This document shows, piece by piece, positions 11,417 to 20,753 of a DNA stretch of 64,000 nt (positions within the stretch are counted from its first letter, which is position 1; each line of letters opens with the position of its first letter). This stretch comes from an uncultured Thermoactinomyces sp. (GTDB lineage: Bacteria > Bacillota > Bacilli > Thermoactinomycetales > Thermoactinomycetaceae), in the NCBI GenBank assembly GCA_965544045.1, contig CBEULT010000007.1, positions 1-64,000 of the forward strand, written 5' to 3'. The notes under the pieces were generated by a model, which had not been told where the DNA came from, searched no databases, and saw only the letters and a list, made by a program, of their open reading frames with translations. Made by a program: the position numbers and the translations under genes.

Positions 11417-11869
11417 TTACTTGATCCAATAGATTTCGCAAGCATTGAGAGCATCTTGTGCATTCTGAACACAAGAATCAAAAAATAGGTTTGCACATTT
11501 AGCGATGTGCTGTACCCATGTGTTGAGTTTCCAATATGTTAAATTAGTTCCCCCCGTATGGTACAGCGACCAACGAGTTGTCATTTCATTCTCGAGAGCT
11601 GATACATAATCATTATTCAAGAAGCCAAGAATATCGTGTTCCTTGTTCGGCTTGTCATAAGAATTTTGCTTGCCTAACAGTCCCAACTGATCAGGGTTTT
11701 TTTGTAAACATTCACATAATCTTTTTATGCTGTCGATTCTAATTGATTCTCCGCGCTCTGCTCGTTCAACAGTTGAAAGGGAGATTTCAGCGAAGTCCGC
11801 CAATTGTTGCTGAGTCCATCCTTTCTCGTGTCGTGCTATGCGTAGCAAGAGATTCCTCACCATTGCCAC
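11417..11869 (-). CDS. XRE-family (Cro/cI-type) HTH transcriptional regulator
   Basis: 150 aa. N-terminal HTH_3 (…GWTQQQLADFAEISLSTVERAERGE…). Divergent from the integrase fragment, with operator-like repeats in between. Confidence 0.7.
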   Translation of the reverse strand: MAMVRNLLLRIARHEKGWTQQQLADFAEISLSTVERAERGESIRIDSIKRLCECLQKNPDQLGLLGKQNSYDKPNKEHDILGFLNNDYVSALENEMTTRWSLYHTGGTNLTYWKLNTWVQHIAKCANLFFDSCVQNAQDALNACEIYWIK

Positions 11870-11928
11870 TCCTTTTGCCTGCTGTCAGCAGATGAAATAT
11901 TAATTTAATACTTCAGAAATGAAGGATA

Positions 11929-11970
11929 ATTGACGGGTAGTTGACGGGTAATTAATGGGTCATTGACGGA
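11929..11970. promoter_or_regulatory. Three direct TTGACGG(G/A) repeats (candidate repressor operators) between the divergent XRE regulator and the integrase remnant
   Basis: aATTGACGGGtagTTGACGGGtaattaatgggtcATTGACGGA. Confidence 0.4.
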
Positions 11971-12049
11971 TTTTAGTCGGGGATTTGTCATTGATTATTT
12001 ATCCCGGGAATTTGGTCGACTGATCCGAACCGAAGAAAAAAATTGCCCC

Positions 12050-12253
12050 TTGTCCGCTTTCATAAATCTTCGTCACACTCACGCTACGCTTTTGCTTCAA
12101 CAGGGAGAACACCCAAAAGTATTTTCGGAACGTCTGGGTCATTCTACTATCACGATTACGATGGATTTGTATTCCCATGTCATGACAAACACGCAAAAAG
12201 AAGCCGCCCAGAAATTGGACGACTTTCTCTTCGGAAACAAGAAATTGATTTAG
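12050..12253 (+). pseudogene. Tyrosine recombinase/phage integrase, C-terminal catalytic fragment only
   Basis: …INLRHTHATLLLQQGEHPKVFSERLGHSTITITMDLYSHV… is the integrase box II (R-H…LGH…Y). There is no N-terminal or core-binding domain. It lies directly beside tRNA-Ser. Confidence 0.65.
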
Positions 12254-12336
12254 TGTAATAAAGGTTTGAAATTTGTTTGCAACTCGGCGGTTATTTCCTT
12301 TCGCCGTCATTGTTTAAATGCCAAAAAACTTTAATT

Positions 12337-12429
<93 letters not shown>

Positions 12430-12577
12430 ATGAAGAATATTATGCTCAGATACTGATACATTCTACAGAAAAAGCGCGAAAATGTCAAGGTTTGTTGAAA
12501 GGGAGCGATTGCCGTTTTGGGTAAGGAACCGCTCCCTGTCCGTTGACTGAGGTTCCTTGTCTGCCGGTGTTGTGGTA

Positions 12578-12892
12578 CTAGTTTGGATCACTTTCGTTTC
12601 CTTTCGCTATTGATAAAATATGGTTGACCAGATGAATGAGGATAAGTCCCAGAGCAACCAAACCGGCAAAAACCACATCAATTAAGAAAAATGTTTTGCT
12701 TCCCCAGTTTTTCCATTTGCGGATATTGAGTCCCATAATCATGAGCCAGAAAAACAGGGGCAGCAGCCAGATTTTCCAGGTGGCCCATTCGGCTTGCTCT
12801 GCAAAGAACTGTTGCAGGATGGGGTCCTGCCGGATAACAGTCAACAGCAATCCCGGCAGGAACAGGGTCAAGAAGGCAAAACGTTTCATCAT
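12578..12892 (-). CDS. Small integral membrane protein (hypothetical)
   Basis: 104 aa, 3 TM helices. Strong RBS AAGGAGGGACGGAAG before the ATG. Confidence 0.45.
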   Translation of the reverse strand: MMKRFAFLTLFLPGLLLTVIRQDPILQQFFAEQAEWATWKIWLLPLFFWLMIMGLNIRKWKNWGSKTFFLIDVVFAGLVALGLILIHLVNHILSIAKGNESDPN

Positions 12893-13043
12893 CTTCCGTC
12901 CCTCCTTGTCCTTGTCGGTTCCCCCTTCGAAGAGGATAGAAGGGGCATTTTTATTCTAAAACCCAACCCACAGAATCCGACAAAAATGGACGGAAAAACA
13001 ATAAAAATTTTCAAAAAATATTCTCGCCGTTTTTTTTAAAAAT

Positions 13044-13793
13044 CTACTGTTGCAGACGGTCTCTTAGCTGTTTAGCTTCCTGGTAGAGAACCATGAGGAA
13101 TTTTTTTATGCGGACGGAACGGTTGCGCATTCCGTGATAGTCAAAATAACGACCGGCGTGTTCCAGGCTGATGTGGTACAAATAATCATCCGCCAGCATG
13201 GCAGAAAAGTGGTCATAGGATCGTTCGATTGCCCGGCTCAGGCGCCGTTCAATTTTTTTAATCTTCCTGTTGATCTGGACAGAATCGGCATCCTGGCCAA
13301 GACGCTTTTTGGCCAGTTGCTCATACAATCTCTTTAAATGGGGTATTTCGTGGAATACACCATATTCCTGTTCATGTTGTTCCAACAGGAGCAAAAGATC
13401 AAGCATTTCCTGGCCTCCGCTCAGCCCGTAGATTTTCAAAGCTTTCAATTCCACGATTCCCGCCTGGATCAGCGGATTCACCTCAGCATTGTCCTTTTCC
13501 CGTTTTCCCAACATTCGCTTAAGTTTTCGTTCCTGCCGAATCATCTTGATCAGGTTGGACAATACTCTATTGACTTCGCTGCGGATAATGGGCTTTAAAA
13601 TATAATTGTATATTCCCAAATGGTAGGCTTCATCCCGTACTTTATGGGCGCTGACCTGCGAGATCATGACGATTTCGCCCCGAAAACCTTTCAGGTCCCG
13701 GATCGTTTCCAGCCCGTCTTTTCGCGGCATCAGATGGTCGATAAGCAAAATATCCACGTTTCGCATATGGAGCAAGTCAGAATTGATTTCCAT
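13044..13793 (-). CDS. Response regulator with truncated receiver domain and YcbB/GlnL-like (non-LytTR) C-terminal domain
   Basis: The receiver fragment starts near the phospho-acceptor region (…DILLIDHLMPRKDGLET…) and is missing ~35 N-terminal residues. An in-frame stop lies directly upstream. Confidence 0.55.
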   Translation of the reverse strand: MEINSDLLHMRNVDILLIDHLMPRKDGLETIRDLKGFRGEIVMISQVSAHKVRDEAYHLGIYNYILKPIIRSEVNRVLSNLIKMIRQERKLKRMLGKREKDNAEVNPLIQAGIVELKALKIYGLSGGQEMLDLLLLLEQHEQEYGVFHEIPHLKRLYEQLAKKRLGQDADSVQINRKIKKIERRLSRAIERSYDHFSAMLADDYLYHISLEHAGRYFDYHGMRNRSVRIKKFLMVLYQEAKQLRDRLQQ

Positions 13794-15032
13794 TCCACAT
13801 TCAGCCGGGGATCACTGGAAACACTGATTCTTCCTTCCCGTTTTTCCACTTCCCGTTTTTCCACTTCCCGTTTTACATAAGTGAGTCCCAGTCCAGAAAA
13901 GGAAAATTGATCTTTTCTGGTCCGGTTTTTGGTGGTATAACCGGTACGAAAGATCAGTCGCTGTTTGTCAGGAGGGATTCCCGGTCCGTTATCTTTCACG
14001 TCAATCGCCAGCCACTCCCGATCCCTTCGCACCTGAACATCAATATGACCGTGTCGCTCAACGGCTTCCACCGCATTGGAAATCAGGTTGTTCAAAAAAG
14101 AGAGGATGGTATACGTATGAACGGCAGGCTTGAGCCGATCCGTTTTGATAGAAAATTCTATGTTTTTATGCAACAATTCCGCATAGTTCTTATTGGAACG
14201 AACCACGATATCACACAATTCCCCAATATCCATATAAAGCGGGGTCACCTGCTGGGAAATCACCTTGTTCAGGACCGAATAGATATTGACGCTCCCTTTT
14301 TTGTATTCATGCAGATAGATAGACAGCGAAAGCAGGTCTTCCTGATAATGACTCCGTTCTTCCAGATCGTTGTGATTCAGTTCCTTGAACCGCGACCTGA
14401 GATCAATCGCCTGGGAAATCGCTTCTTCCAAATCATCCAGCGATTTGTCAAAATGCAGTTTCACTTCGTGCAGATTGGATTCCAGCAGCATTTTTCGGTC
14501 TTCATTTTCTCTCCGGTCCTTGAACACGCTAAAGAAAAGAATACCCATGATAAAAAAGTTGCGAATCAGCGCAATCACCAACAACATCCAGAACATTTCC
14601 CACTTAAAAGAGGAGGAATTGAACAGATTTCGGATTCCCAATTCCGACAAACTGGCCAAGAGTTCAGTAATCACGCCAAACAAACCGATCATAATTGGCT
14701 TATATTGAAAACGGCGGACTTTAAACCAAAGCGTAAACCAGATAGTAAACCACTGAGGGACTGTAGTTTCGGATAGCTGCCAAAAGGTCTGTCTGCTCTT
14801 CATAAATTCCCAGTACCATCCGGAACGTCAGGACAGAAATACTGACAAGTACTCCCAACATAAAAGGAGTCATTCTCTGGATCAGTAATAAAAAGATAAA
14901 AAAAATAGGAATTCCAAAGCTGACCCGGTAATTATTATCGAAAGGGAGAATGAAGAATTCGCCTGCCAGCGGGACGAGGATCATCATAAGGGCGATCATC
15001 CAGCCTTCTTTATGAAAATAACCTATGGGCAT
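13730..15032 (-). pseudogene. 5TM-LytS/GlnK-type sensor histidine kinase, split into two overlapping ORFs (13730..14803 and 14721..15032), C-terminus overlaps the regulator
   Basis: N-terminal 5TM sensor in one frame. HATPase N box (…NLISNAVEAV…), G1 DNGPGIP and G2 GLGL in another frame. The C-terminal tail is aberrant with a REVEK x3 repeat. Confidence 0.5.
13837..13876. repeat. 15-bp tandem repeat (cccgtttttccactt x2.7) inside the kinase ATP-binding domain coding region
   Basis: Direct read of 13837-13876. Encodes REVEK-REVEK-REVEK on the minus strand. Confidence 0.7.
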
Positions 15033-15123
15033 CTCCTCCTTTTCCCTTACTTATATTTTACTTAATCAAGAGATACTTTTCAGAATAAAATAAAAAAACG
15101 CCAGCAATGCGTTACCCGGCGTT

Positions 15124-15609
15124 TTATCCGTTGATTTTATTTTGTTTCTGTTCCTTTTTCCTGCGCCGAAGTGCCTGAAAGAAAGATGTCAGGATGGTGC
15201 GGCATTCTTCTTTCAGAACACCTGGTATCAAGACTGTCTGATGGTTGAAACGCTCATCCTGAAGAATATTCAGCAGGGTTCCGGCTGAACCCGCTTTCGG
15301 GTCTTCCGTTCCAAACACAACTGTATCGAGCCTCGCCTGGATAATCGCGCCTGCGCACATGGGACACGGCTCCAGAGTAACATACAGGTCACAGTCATTC
15401 AGACGCCAGCTGTCGAGCCGCTCGGACGCCTCGCGAATGGCAATCATTTCCGCATGCGCCGTTGGATCGTTGTCCAGTTCGCGCCGGTTATAGCCACGCC
15501 CGACAATCTGCCTGTCCTTAACAATGACAGCACCAATAGGCACTTCTCCAAGCTGTTCCGCTTTTTTCGCTTCCCGTAAAGCTGCTTTCATATACTTTTC
15601 GTGATCCAC
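15124..15609 (-). CDS. tadA: tRNA-specific adenosine deaminase
   Basis: HAE…PCPMC zinc-deaminase motifs. The N-terminus aligns to Bacillus TadA (…YMKAALREAKKAEQ…). GTG start with GAGGTGGGAAG RBS. Confidence 0.8.
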   Translation of the reverse strand: MDHEKYMKAALREAKKAEQLGEVPIGAVIVKDRQIVGRGYNRRELDNDPTAHAEMIAIREASERLDSWRLNDCDLYVTLEPCPMCAGAIIQARLDTVVFGTEDPKAGSAGTLLNILQDERFNHQTVLIPGVLKEECRTILTSFFQALRRRKKEQKQNKING

Positions 15610-15814
15610 GCTCACTTCCCACCTCACTCGCCTCATTATAGCATGAGCTTATCCAAGGAAAAACAAAAACAGGACTTGCCCGTACAAGTCCCGCTGACTA
15701 TAAATCATAATATTTTTTATAACTCCATTCCGTCTTTACCCTGCAGGTAATTACCTAAATGCTTCCTGTAAATCCTCATACTGGGAAACAGACTCAATAC
15801 CTACCCGAAGCGAA

Positions 15815-16243
15815 CTAATGTGTCGATTGCCCTCCTTCACAATCTGCACAAATTCCGTAAATCTCAAATTTGTGGCCGGTGATCTCAAAGTTGTCCGGCT
15901 CCCCGAGAATCGCATTCATCGGACAAACCTGAATCTCCCGGGTTCGTCCGCATTTTGTGCAGATAATATGATGATGGTGGTTGTCGCGGTTGCAATGAAA
16001 CCGATAGCGCCGCTCGCCATCCCATTCGGTTCCTTCAATAATCCCGAGCCTCTCAAAAATGGAGATATTGCGGTACACGGTATCGAAACTGAGGCCAGGG
16101 AAGTCTTCCTGCATCCGGTCCAACACTTCCCTGGCTGACAGATAGCGGCTTTCCCGCAAAAAGATATCCATCATCAGTTCCCGTTTGTTGGTATATTTAT
16201 ATCCATGTTTTTTGAGCAAATCCAATGCCTGTTTTATATTCAT
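15815..16243 (-). CDS. zur: Fur-family zinc uptake regulator
   Basis: 142 aa Fur-family protein with HHHHxxC…C and C-terminal CxxC. Last gene of the znu operon. GGGAG RBS. Confidence 0.75.
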   Translation of the reverse strand: MNIKQALDLLKKHGYKYTNKRELMMDIFLRESRYLSAREVLDRMQEDFPGLSFDTVYRNISIFERLGIIEGTEWDGERRYRFHCNRDNHHHHIICTKCGRTREIQVCPMNAILGEPDNFEITGHKFEIYGICADCEGGQSTH

Positions 16244-16282
16244 TTTTCTCGCTCCCAATTTTCCCGGTCGTTTGCTTCTATT

Positions 16283-17137
16283 CTATAATAAATTTGCCTG
16301 TTTCATCATCCTTGCCATTTTTTTGACAAACAAAACGATCAAGAGAATCAGAATCGAAACAAGGACAATCGTCCCGCCCGATGCCCAGTCAAGATAATAG
16401 GCAGCAAAAAGCCCGCTAAAAACTGCCAGTTGCGAAAATATTATCGACCAGATCAATGTCTGGCGAAAGCTGTTTGTAAATTGCAAGCTTGCCGCAACCG
16501 GAATGGTCATAAGCGCGGAGACCAGCAAAATGCCGACTACCCGGATCGAAGCAGCAATGACCAGGGCAACCATGACAACAAACAGGAAATTGATCCATCT
16601 GCGGGGGATGCCCGCCAACACAGCGTGGTCCTCATCAAAGGAGAGAGCGAACATCTCTTTATAGAATATAAAAACAAACAGCACGACAAGGGCTCCAATC
16701 GCCGCCATTAACCACAGTTCATCGCGGCCCACGGCCAGAATATTCCCGAACAGGTATCCGGCGATATCCACATTGAATCCATCCGCGGCACTGATCAACA
16801 CCACTCCCAATCCGATTCCCCCGGACAGGATAATCGGAATCGCAACCTCTTCAAACGTTTTGTATAAACGGCGAATTTGCTCCACAAACACAGACCCCAT
16901 CACTGAGAAAACCATTCCCATATATAAAGGATTTACTGCATAAAAGAGGGGAAGCTCTTTTTGCATGAGCATCCCGGCCGCCACACCGGACAAGGTTACA
17001 TGAGAGAGCGCATCCGCAATCAGCGACATACGGCGAACCACCAGATAAACTCCAACCAGCGGTGATATGAGTCCAATGATCATTCCGGCATAAAACGCAT
17101 TTTGCATCCATTCATACTGCATAATAATTTCAATCAT
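16283..17137 (-). CDS. znuB: Metal (zinc) ABC transporter permease
   Basis: 284 aa, about 8 TM, ZnuB/MntB-family. Confidence 0.8.
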   Translation of the reverse strand: MIEIIMQYEWMQNAFYAGMIIGLISPLVGVYLVVRRMSLIADALSHVTLSGVAAGMLMQKELPLFYAVNPLYMGMVFSVMGSVFVEQIRRLYKTFEEVAIPIILSGGIGLGVVLISAADGFNVDIAGYLFGNILAVGRDELWLMAAIGALVVLFVFIFYKEMFALSFDEDHAVLAGIPRRWINFLFVVMVALVIAASIRVVGILLVSALMTIPVAASLQFTNSFRQTLIWSIIFSQLAVFSGLFAAYYLDWASGGTIVLVSILILLIVLFVKKMARMMKQANLL

Positions 17138-17176
17138 ATGAAAAAGCGCCGATCAGGCGCCTCCCCCCATTTCTTC

Positions 17177-17932
17177 TCAATGATAATGATTTACCACCTG
17201 GAGATCATAACCGTATGCCCGGGTCAGGATTTCCTGTTGCCTTTCCTCAAAACCGGCCGGATCCCCATGGTAATGCAAATGTCTGTTCAAACAGGCGACG
17301 CGATCAACGACAGATGAAACCGTGCCAATATCATGCGTAACCATGAGCAGTGTCATACCTTCTTCCTGGTGAAGCCGTCTTAATAACTCGTAAAATTGTT
17401 CTGTCGTTCTCGCATCAATTCCGACCGTGGGTTCATCCAGCACAAGCAGATCAGGATCCGCCACCAATGCCCGCGCAATAAATGCCCGCTGTTGCTGCCC
17501 GCCCGACAATTTGCCAATGTTACGGTTCATATAAGGCATCAAGTCAACCTGGGCGATAGCCCGTTCCACTTGCTCCATATGTTTTTTGGTCACGCGGCGA
17601 AACAGTCCCAGTTTTCCGTACAGCCCTGAAGCAACCACTTCTTTCACCGTGGCGGGAAAGCCTGTATTAAAGCTGTTGGCCTTTTGGGAAACATAGCCGA
17701 TTCGAGAAATGTCCGAAAGCTTGCGAATGGGACTTCCAAAAACGGATATGTTTCCTTGCTGCGGCTTCAAAAAACCAAGTATGCATTTGATCAATGTCGA
17801 TTTGCCGGAGCCATTCGGGCCGACAATACCGAGAAATTCCCCTTTATTCACAGTCAGATTGATATCATCGAGCACTTTTTGCTCATCATACGTGTAAGAC
17901 AGATTTTCAATCTCAATGACTGGATCATTCAC
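17177..17932 (-). CDS. znuC: Metal (zinc) ABC transporter ATP-binding protein
   Basis: Walker A GPNGSGKST, signature LSGGQQQR, Walker B LLVLDEP. Confidence 0.8.
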   Translation of the reverse strand: MNDPVIEIENLSYTYDEQKVLDDINLTVNKGEFLGIVGPNGSGKSTLIKCILGFLKPQQGNISVFGSPIRKLSDISRIGYVSQKANSFNTGFPATVKEVVASGLYGKLGLFRRVTKKHMEQVERAIAQVDLMPYMNRNIGKLSGGQQQRAFIARALVADPDLLVLDEPTVGIDARTTEQFYELLRRLHQEEGMTLLMVTHDIGTVSSVVDRVACLNRHLHYHGDPAGFEERQQEILTRAYGYDLQVVNHYH

Positions 17933-18891
17933 TGATTGTTAACCCCCAATGCTTTGGCCAGATTTTCCTTATTTTTATACATTACAGAGAAATAATCCTC
18001 TCCCTGCTTCATTTCTGTTTCTGTCAATCCTTCCAGCGGATTCAATACCATAGTCTCTGCCTTTACTTCTTTTTTGACGACTCCAGCCATCTTGTTGCTG
18101 ACCAACGTTTCAAACAGGATTACATCTATATCATGTTCCTTCACTTGTTCAATAACTTTTTTCAACTCTTGCGGACCTGGCTCATCAGACGGACTCAGAC
18201 CGGATATGGCAATTTGTTCCAGCCCGTACCGTTTGGCCAGATAGGAAAAAGAAGCGTGAGAAACAGCAAATTGCTTTTTCGGTGCCTGGGCCACCATTTC
18301 CTTGAATTCCTGATCCAGTTGATCCAGTTTTGATGCCAATTGGTCATAGTTTTCCGTATAATAGCTTTTATGTGCCTCATCCAATTGCACCAGAGCATCC
18401 CGGATTGATGCTGCCTGTTGTTTGGCCAACTGCGGGTCCAGCCATACATGCGGATCATTTCCGTTCGCCGGATGTTCATGCTCATCTCCATGCCCGTGTT
18501 CATGGTGGGCATGACCCTCAATCAAAGAAATCTGTGCTGTTGAATCTACAACCTTGACTTGATCAGAATCAAGTATTTGATTCACCCGCTCCACCCACGG
18601 TTCAAATCCGCCCCCGTTAAAAACGAGCAAATCCGCTTCGCTAAGCTTGCTCATATCCCGTGGCAACAGTTCGAAACTGTGCGGATCGGTCCCCGGGGGA
18701 ATCAGGTTTGTCACTGACACATACTGACCGCCAATTTTTTTCGCAAAATCATAAAGCGGATAGATGCTGGTATAGACTTGCAATTTCCCTTCCGTATTTT
18801 TACTCCCGGCTGAAGGATTTTCGGAGCAACCGGACAATACAAAGAACGTAATTAGAATTATAGATGTTGCAATTTTCAACCATTTATTCAT
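17929..18891 (-). CDS. znuA: Zinc ABC transporter substrate-binding lipoprotein with His-rich loop
   Basis: Lipoprotein signal …LSGCS. His/Asp/Glu-rich loop HAHHEHGHGDEHEHPANGNDPH typical of ZnuA. Confidence 0.8.
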   Translation of the reverse strand: MNKWLKIATSIILITFFVLSGCSENPSAGSKNTEGKLQVYTSIYPLYDFAKKIGGQYVSVTNLIPPGTDPHSFELLPRDMSKLSEADLLVFNGGGFEPWVERVNQILDSDQVKVVDSTAQISLIEGHAHHEHGHGDEHEHPANGNDPHVWLDPQLAKQQAASIRDALVQLDEAHKSYYTENYDQLASKLDQLDQEFKEMVAQAPKKQFAVSHASFSYLAKRYGLEQIAISGLSPSDEPGPQELKKVIEQVKEHDIDVILFETLVSNKMAGVVKKEVKAETMVLNPLEGLTETEMKQGEDYFSVMYKNKENLAKALGVNNQ

Positions 18892-18967
18892 TTTCCATCA
18901 CCTGTAATTGGATTGATTCCGTCTTGTAGAATCTTTTTCTTATTATAACCTTTATAAACAACTATGT

Positions 18968-18988
18968 AAATCGTAAATATTACGATTT
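18968..18988. promoter_or_regulatory. Zur box (perfect 9-3-9 palindrome AAATCGTAA-ATA-TTACGATTT)
   Basis: Read directly. Overlaps the predicted -35 (TTTACA) of the znuA promoter on the minus strand. Lies 47 nt upstream of the divergent DUF867 gene. Confidence 0.65.
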
Positions 18989-19034
18989 ATAAAGATAAAA
19001 CAATCTTACCTTAAATAGAAGGGTGGAGATCCTT

Positions 19035-19631
19035 ATGGATTTTTACCAAAATTATCGGCAATTAACCTCTTATGAAAAAATTGGCAAAGACTATTCTATT
19101 TCCCTGCGTTTTGCAAAACCGGAAATCGCCGTGCTGGCTATCCATGGCGGGGGAATTGAACCGGGAACGAGCGAGTTGGCCCGGGCCATCGCTGAACCTG
19201 ACTGGAGTTTATATAACTTTCAGGGAGAAAAGAGAAGGGGCAATCACCGGCTCCATATTACATCAACCCATTTTGACGAACCGCATGCCCTGAAAATCGT
19301 GGCAAACTCCTTATCCGTCATCTCCATCCACGGGGCGGAGGGGACGGCGAAGACAATATATCTGGGCGGGCGTGACCGGGAATTGCTCGGAAAAATTAAA
19401 ACAGAGCTCTTTAAAGCTTCATTTCAGGTGAAAACACCACCGCATCATCTGCAAGGCATTGATCCAAGGAATATCATCAATCGGGGGGCAAGTAAACAAG
19501 GGGTACAAATTGAATTGACAGCGGGATTGCGGGCTGATTTTTTCAAGGGGATGGGCAGGTTCGGCCGGCAACACCGGACTCCTTTGTTTTACCGGTTTGT
19601 CCAGGCTGTCCGTGAAGGAATCAGTAACTAA
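19035..19631 (+). CDS. DUF867 / poly-gamma-glutamate hydrolase (PghP, YjqB/YmaC-like) family protein
   Basis: …LAIHGGGIEPGTSELA… and …ISIHGAEG… motifs of the PghP-like zinc amidohydrolase fold. AGAAGGGTGGAG RBS. Confidence 0.6.
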   Translation: MDFYQNYRQLTSYEKIGKDYSISLRFAKPEIAVLAIHGGGIEPGTSELARAIAEPDWSLYNFQGEKRRGNHRLHITSTHFDEPHALKIVANSLSVISIHGAEGTAKTIYLGGRDRELLGKIKTELFKASFQVKTPPHHLQGIDPRNIINRGASKQGVQIELTAGLRADFFKGMGRFGRQHRTPLFYRFVQAVREGISN

Positions 19632-19896
19632 GTGCATCGCACTGCCCCAAAGGTCAAAAAAGATAAAGACAAAATATGGGACAAATCCCGTAGCATAATT
19701 GGGAACTGAACGGGTATTTATACGGCAACTGCCTTTCTGGTCTTTTAAGACAAGGTTGGCACCACTGGCACCTTTTTTACAGATCACCCTGACTCCGAGA
19801 ACCAGCAAGAAGTTTGTCCACTCCTGGTTAAATAGTTTATAACCGACTGGTCAGTAAAAATATCATAATCCTTTCCTGTCCTGCTCAAGAAAGGAT

Positions 19897-20499
19897 TTAC
19901 AGATATGTCGAATTTTTAATGCTGCACATCACAATGTGCTGCAAATTTTCGATCATTTGCGGAACTGCTTTATCAATTTGCCGGGGTTCGCTTTCTCCCG
20001 GATTGTACAATTTCTGCAAAACCAAAACACTTGCTGCTCCAAAAAAAGCACTTGCTGCTTCAGACACATGTTTCACTTTAAATTCGCCAGTTTCTGTGCC
20101 TTTTTTCAGAATATCCGCAATTAACTGCAAATATTCGTTGATTTTTATTCGAAACTGGTGCTGTCGGGATTTGGTTCCGAATGCTTCACTCAAGAGCAAT
20201 TTGGCCAGCATGGCATTTTCCACATAAAAATGAACATGGCTTTCCAGCAATGCCTGCATTTGCCCGGTTGGGGAGTCATGCGGGGCGATTTTGCGTTTGG
20301 CAAAATCGATCAGTTTCTGTGCCCCTTCAGTCATTAAACCAACAAACAGATCTTCCTTGCTTTTGAAATGATAGTAAATCGTTCCTTTCGCCACGCCCGC
20401 TTCTTTTGCTATATCATCCATCTTGGCCTGGTCAAAACCACTGTCCGCAAACACTTTGACCGCTGCCTGAAAGATCACATCCACCTTTTCATGACGCAT
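19897..20499 (-). CDS. TetR/AcrR-family transcriptional regulator
   Basis: N-terminal TetR HTH (…FDQAKMDDIAKEAGVAKGTIYYHF…). Confidence 0.75.
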   Translation of the reverse strand: MRHEKVDVIFQAAVKVFADSGFDQAKMDDIAKEAGVAKGTIYYHFKSKEDLFVGLMTEGAQKLIDFAKRKIAPHDSPTGQMQALLESHVHFYVENAMLAKLLLSEAFGTKSRQHQFRIKINEYLQLIADILKKGTETGEFKVKHVSEAASAFFGAASVLVLQKLYNPGESEPRQIDKAVPQMIENLQHIVMCSIKNSTYL

Positions 20500-20646
20500 T
20501 GTTTTTGCCCTCCGATGTTAATTCAATCCGCTACAAACTTATTTAGAAACAGTATACGCCAAGTGCCTGTGAGATTAAAGTGATATTTGTCATATTACGG
20601 TCAAAGTATTAATATTTTAACTATTGCCAAGCAGAGCCTTGTTTGC

Positions 20647-20686
20647 TGCATAAAAGGAAGCGTTCCCAACGGGAGAACGCTTCCAG
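20647..20686 (-). terminator. Intrinsic terminator after the ABC exporter gene (10-bp perfect stem GGAAGCGTTC/GAACGCTTCC + U-run on minus strand)
   Basis: Read directly. Confidence 0.5.
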
Positions 20687-20753
20687 TGTAGAAAATATAC
20701 AAAGGACGGTTTTTTGAACTTTATTTTATATCTGGCTGGCAAGACATGCTTCT

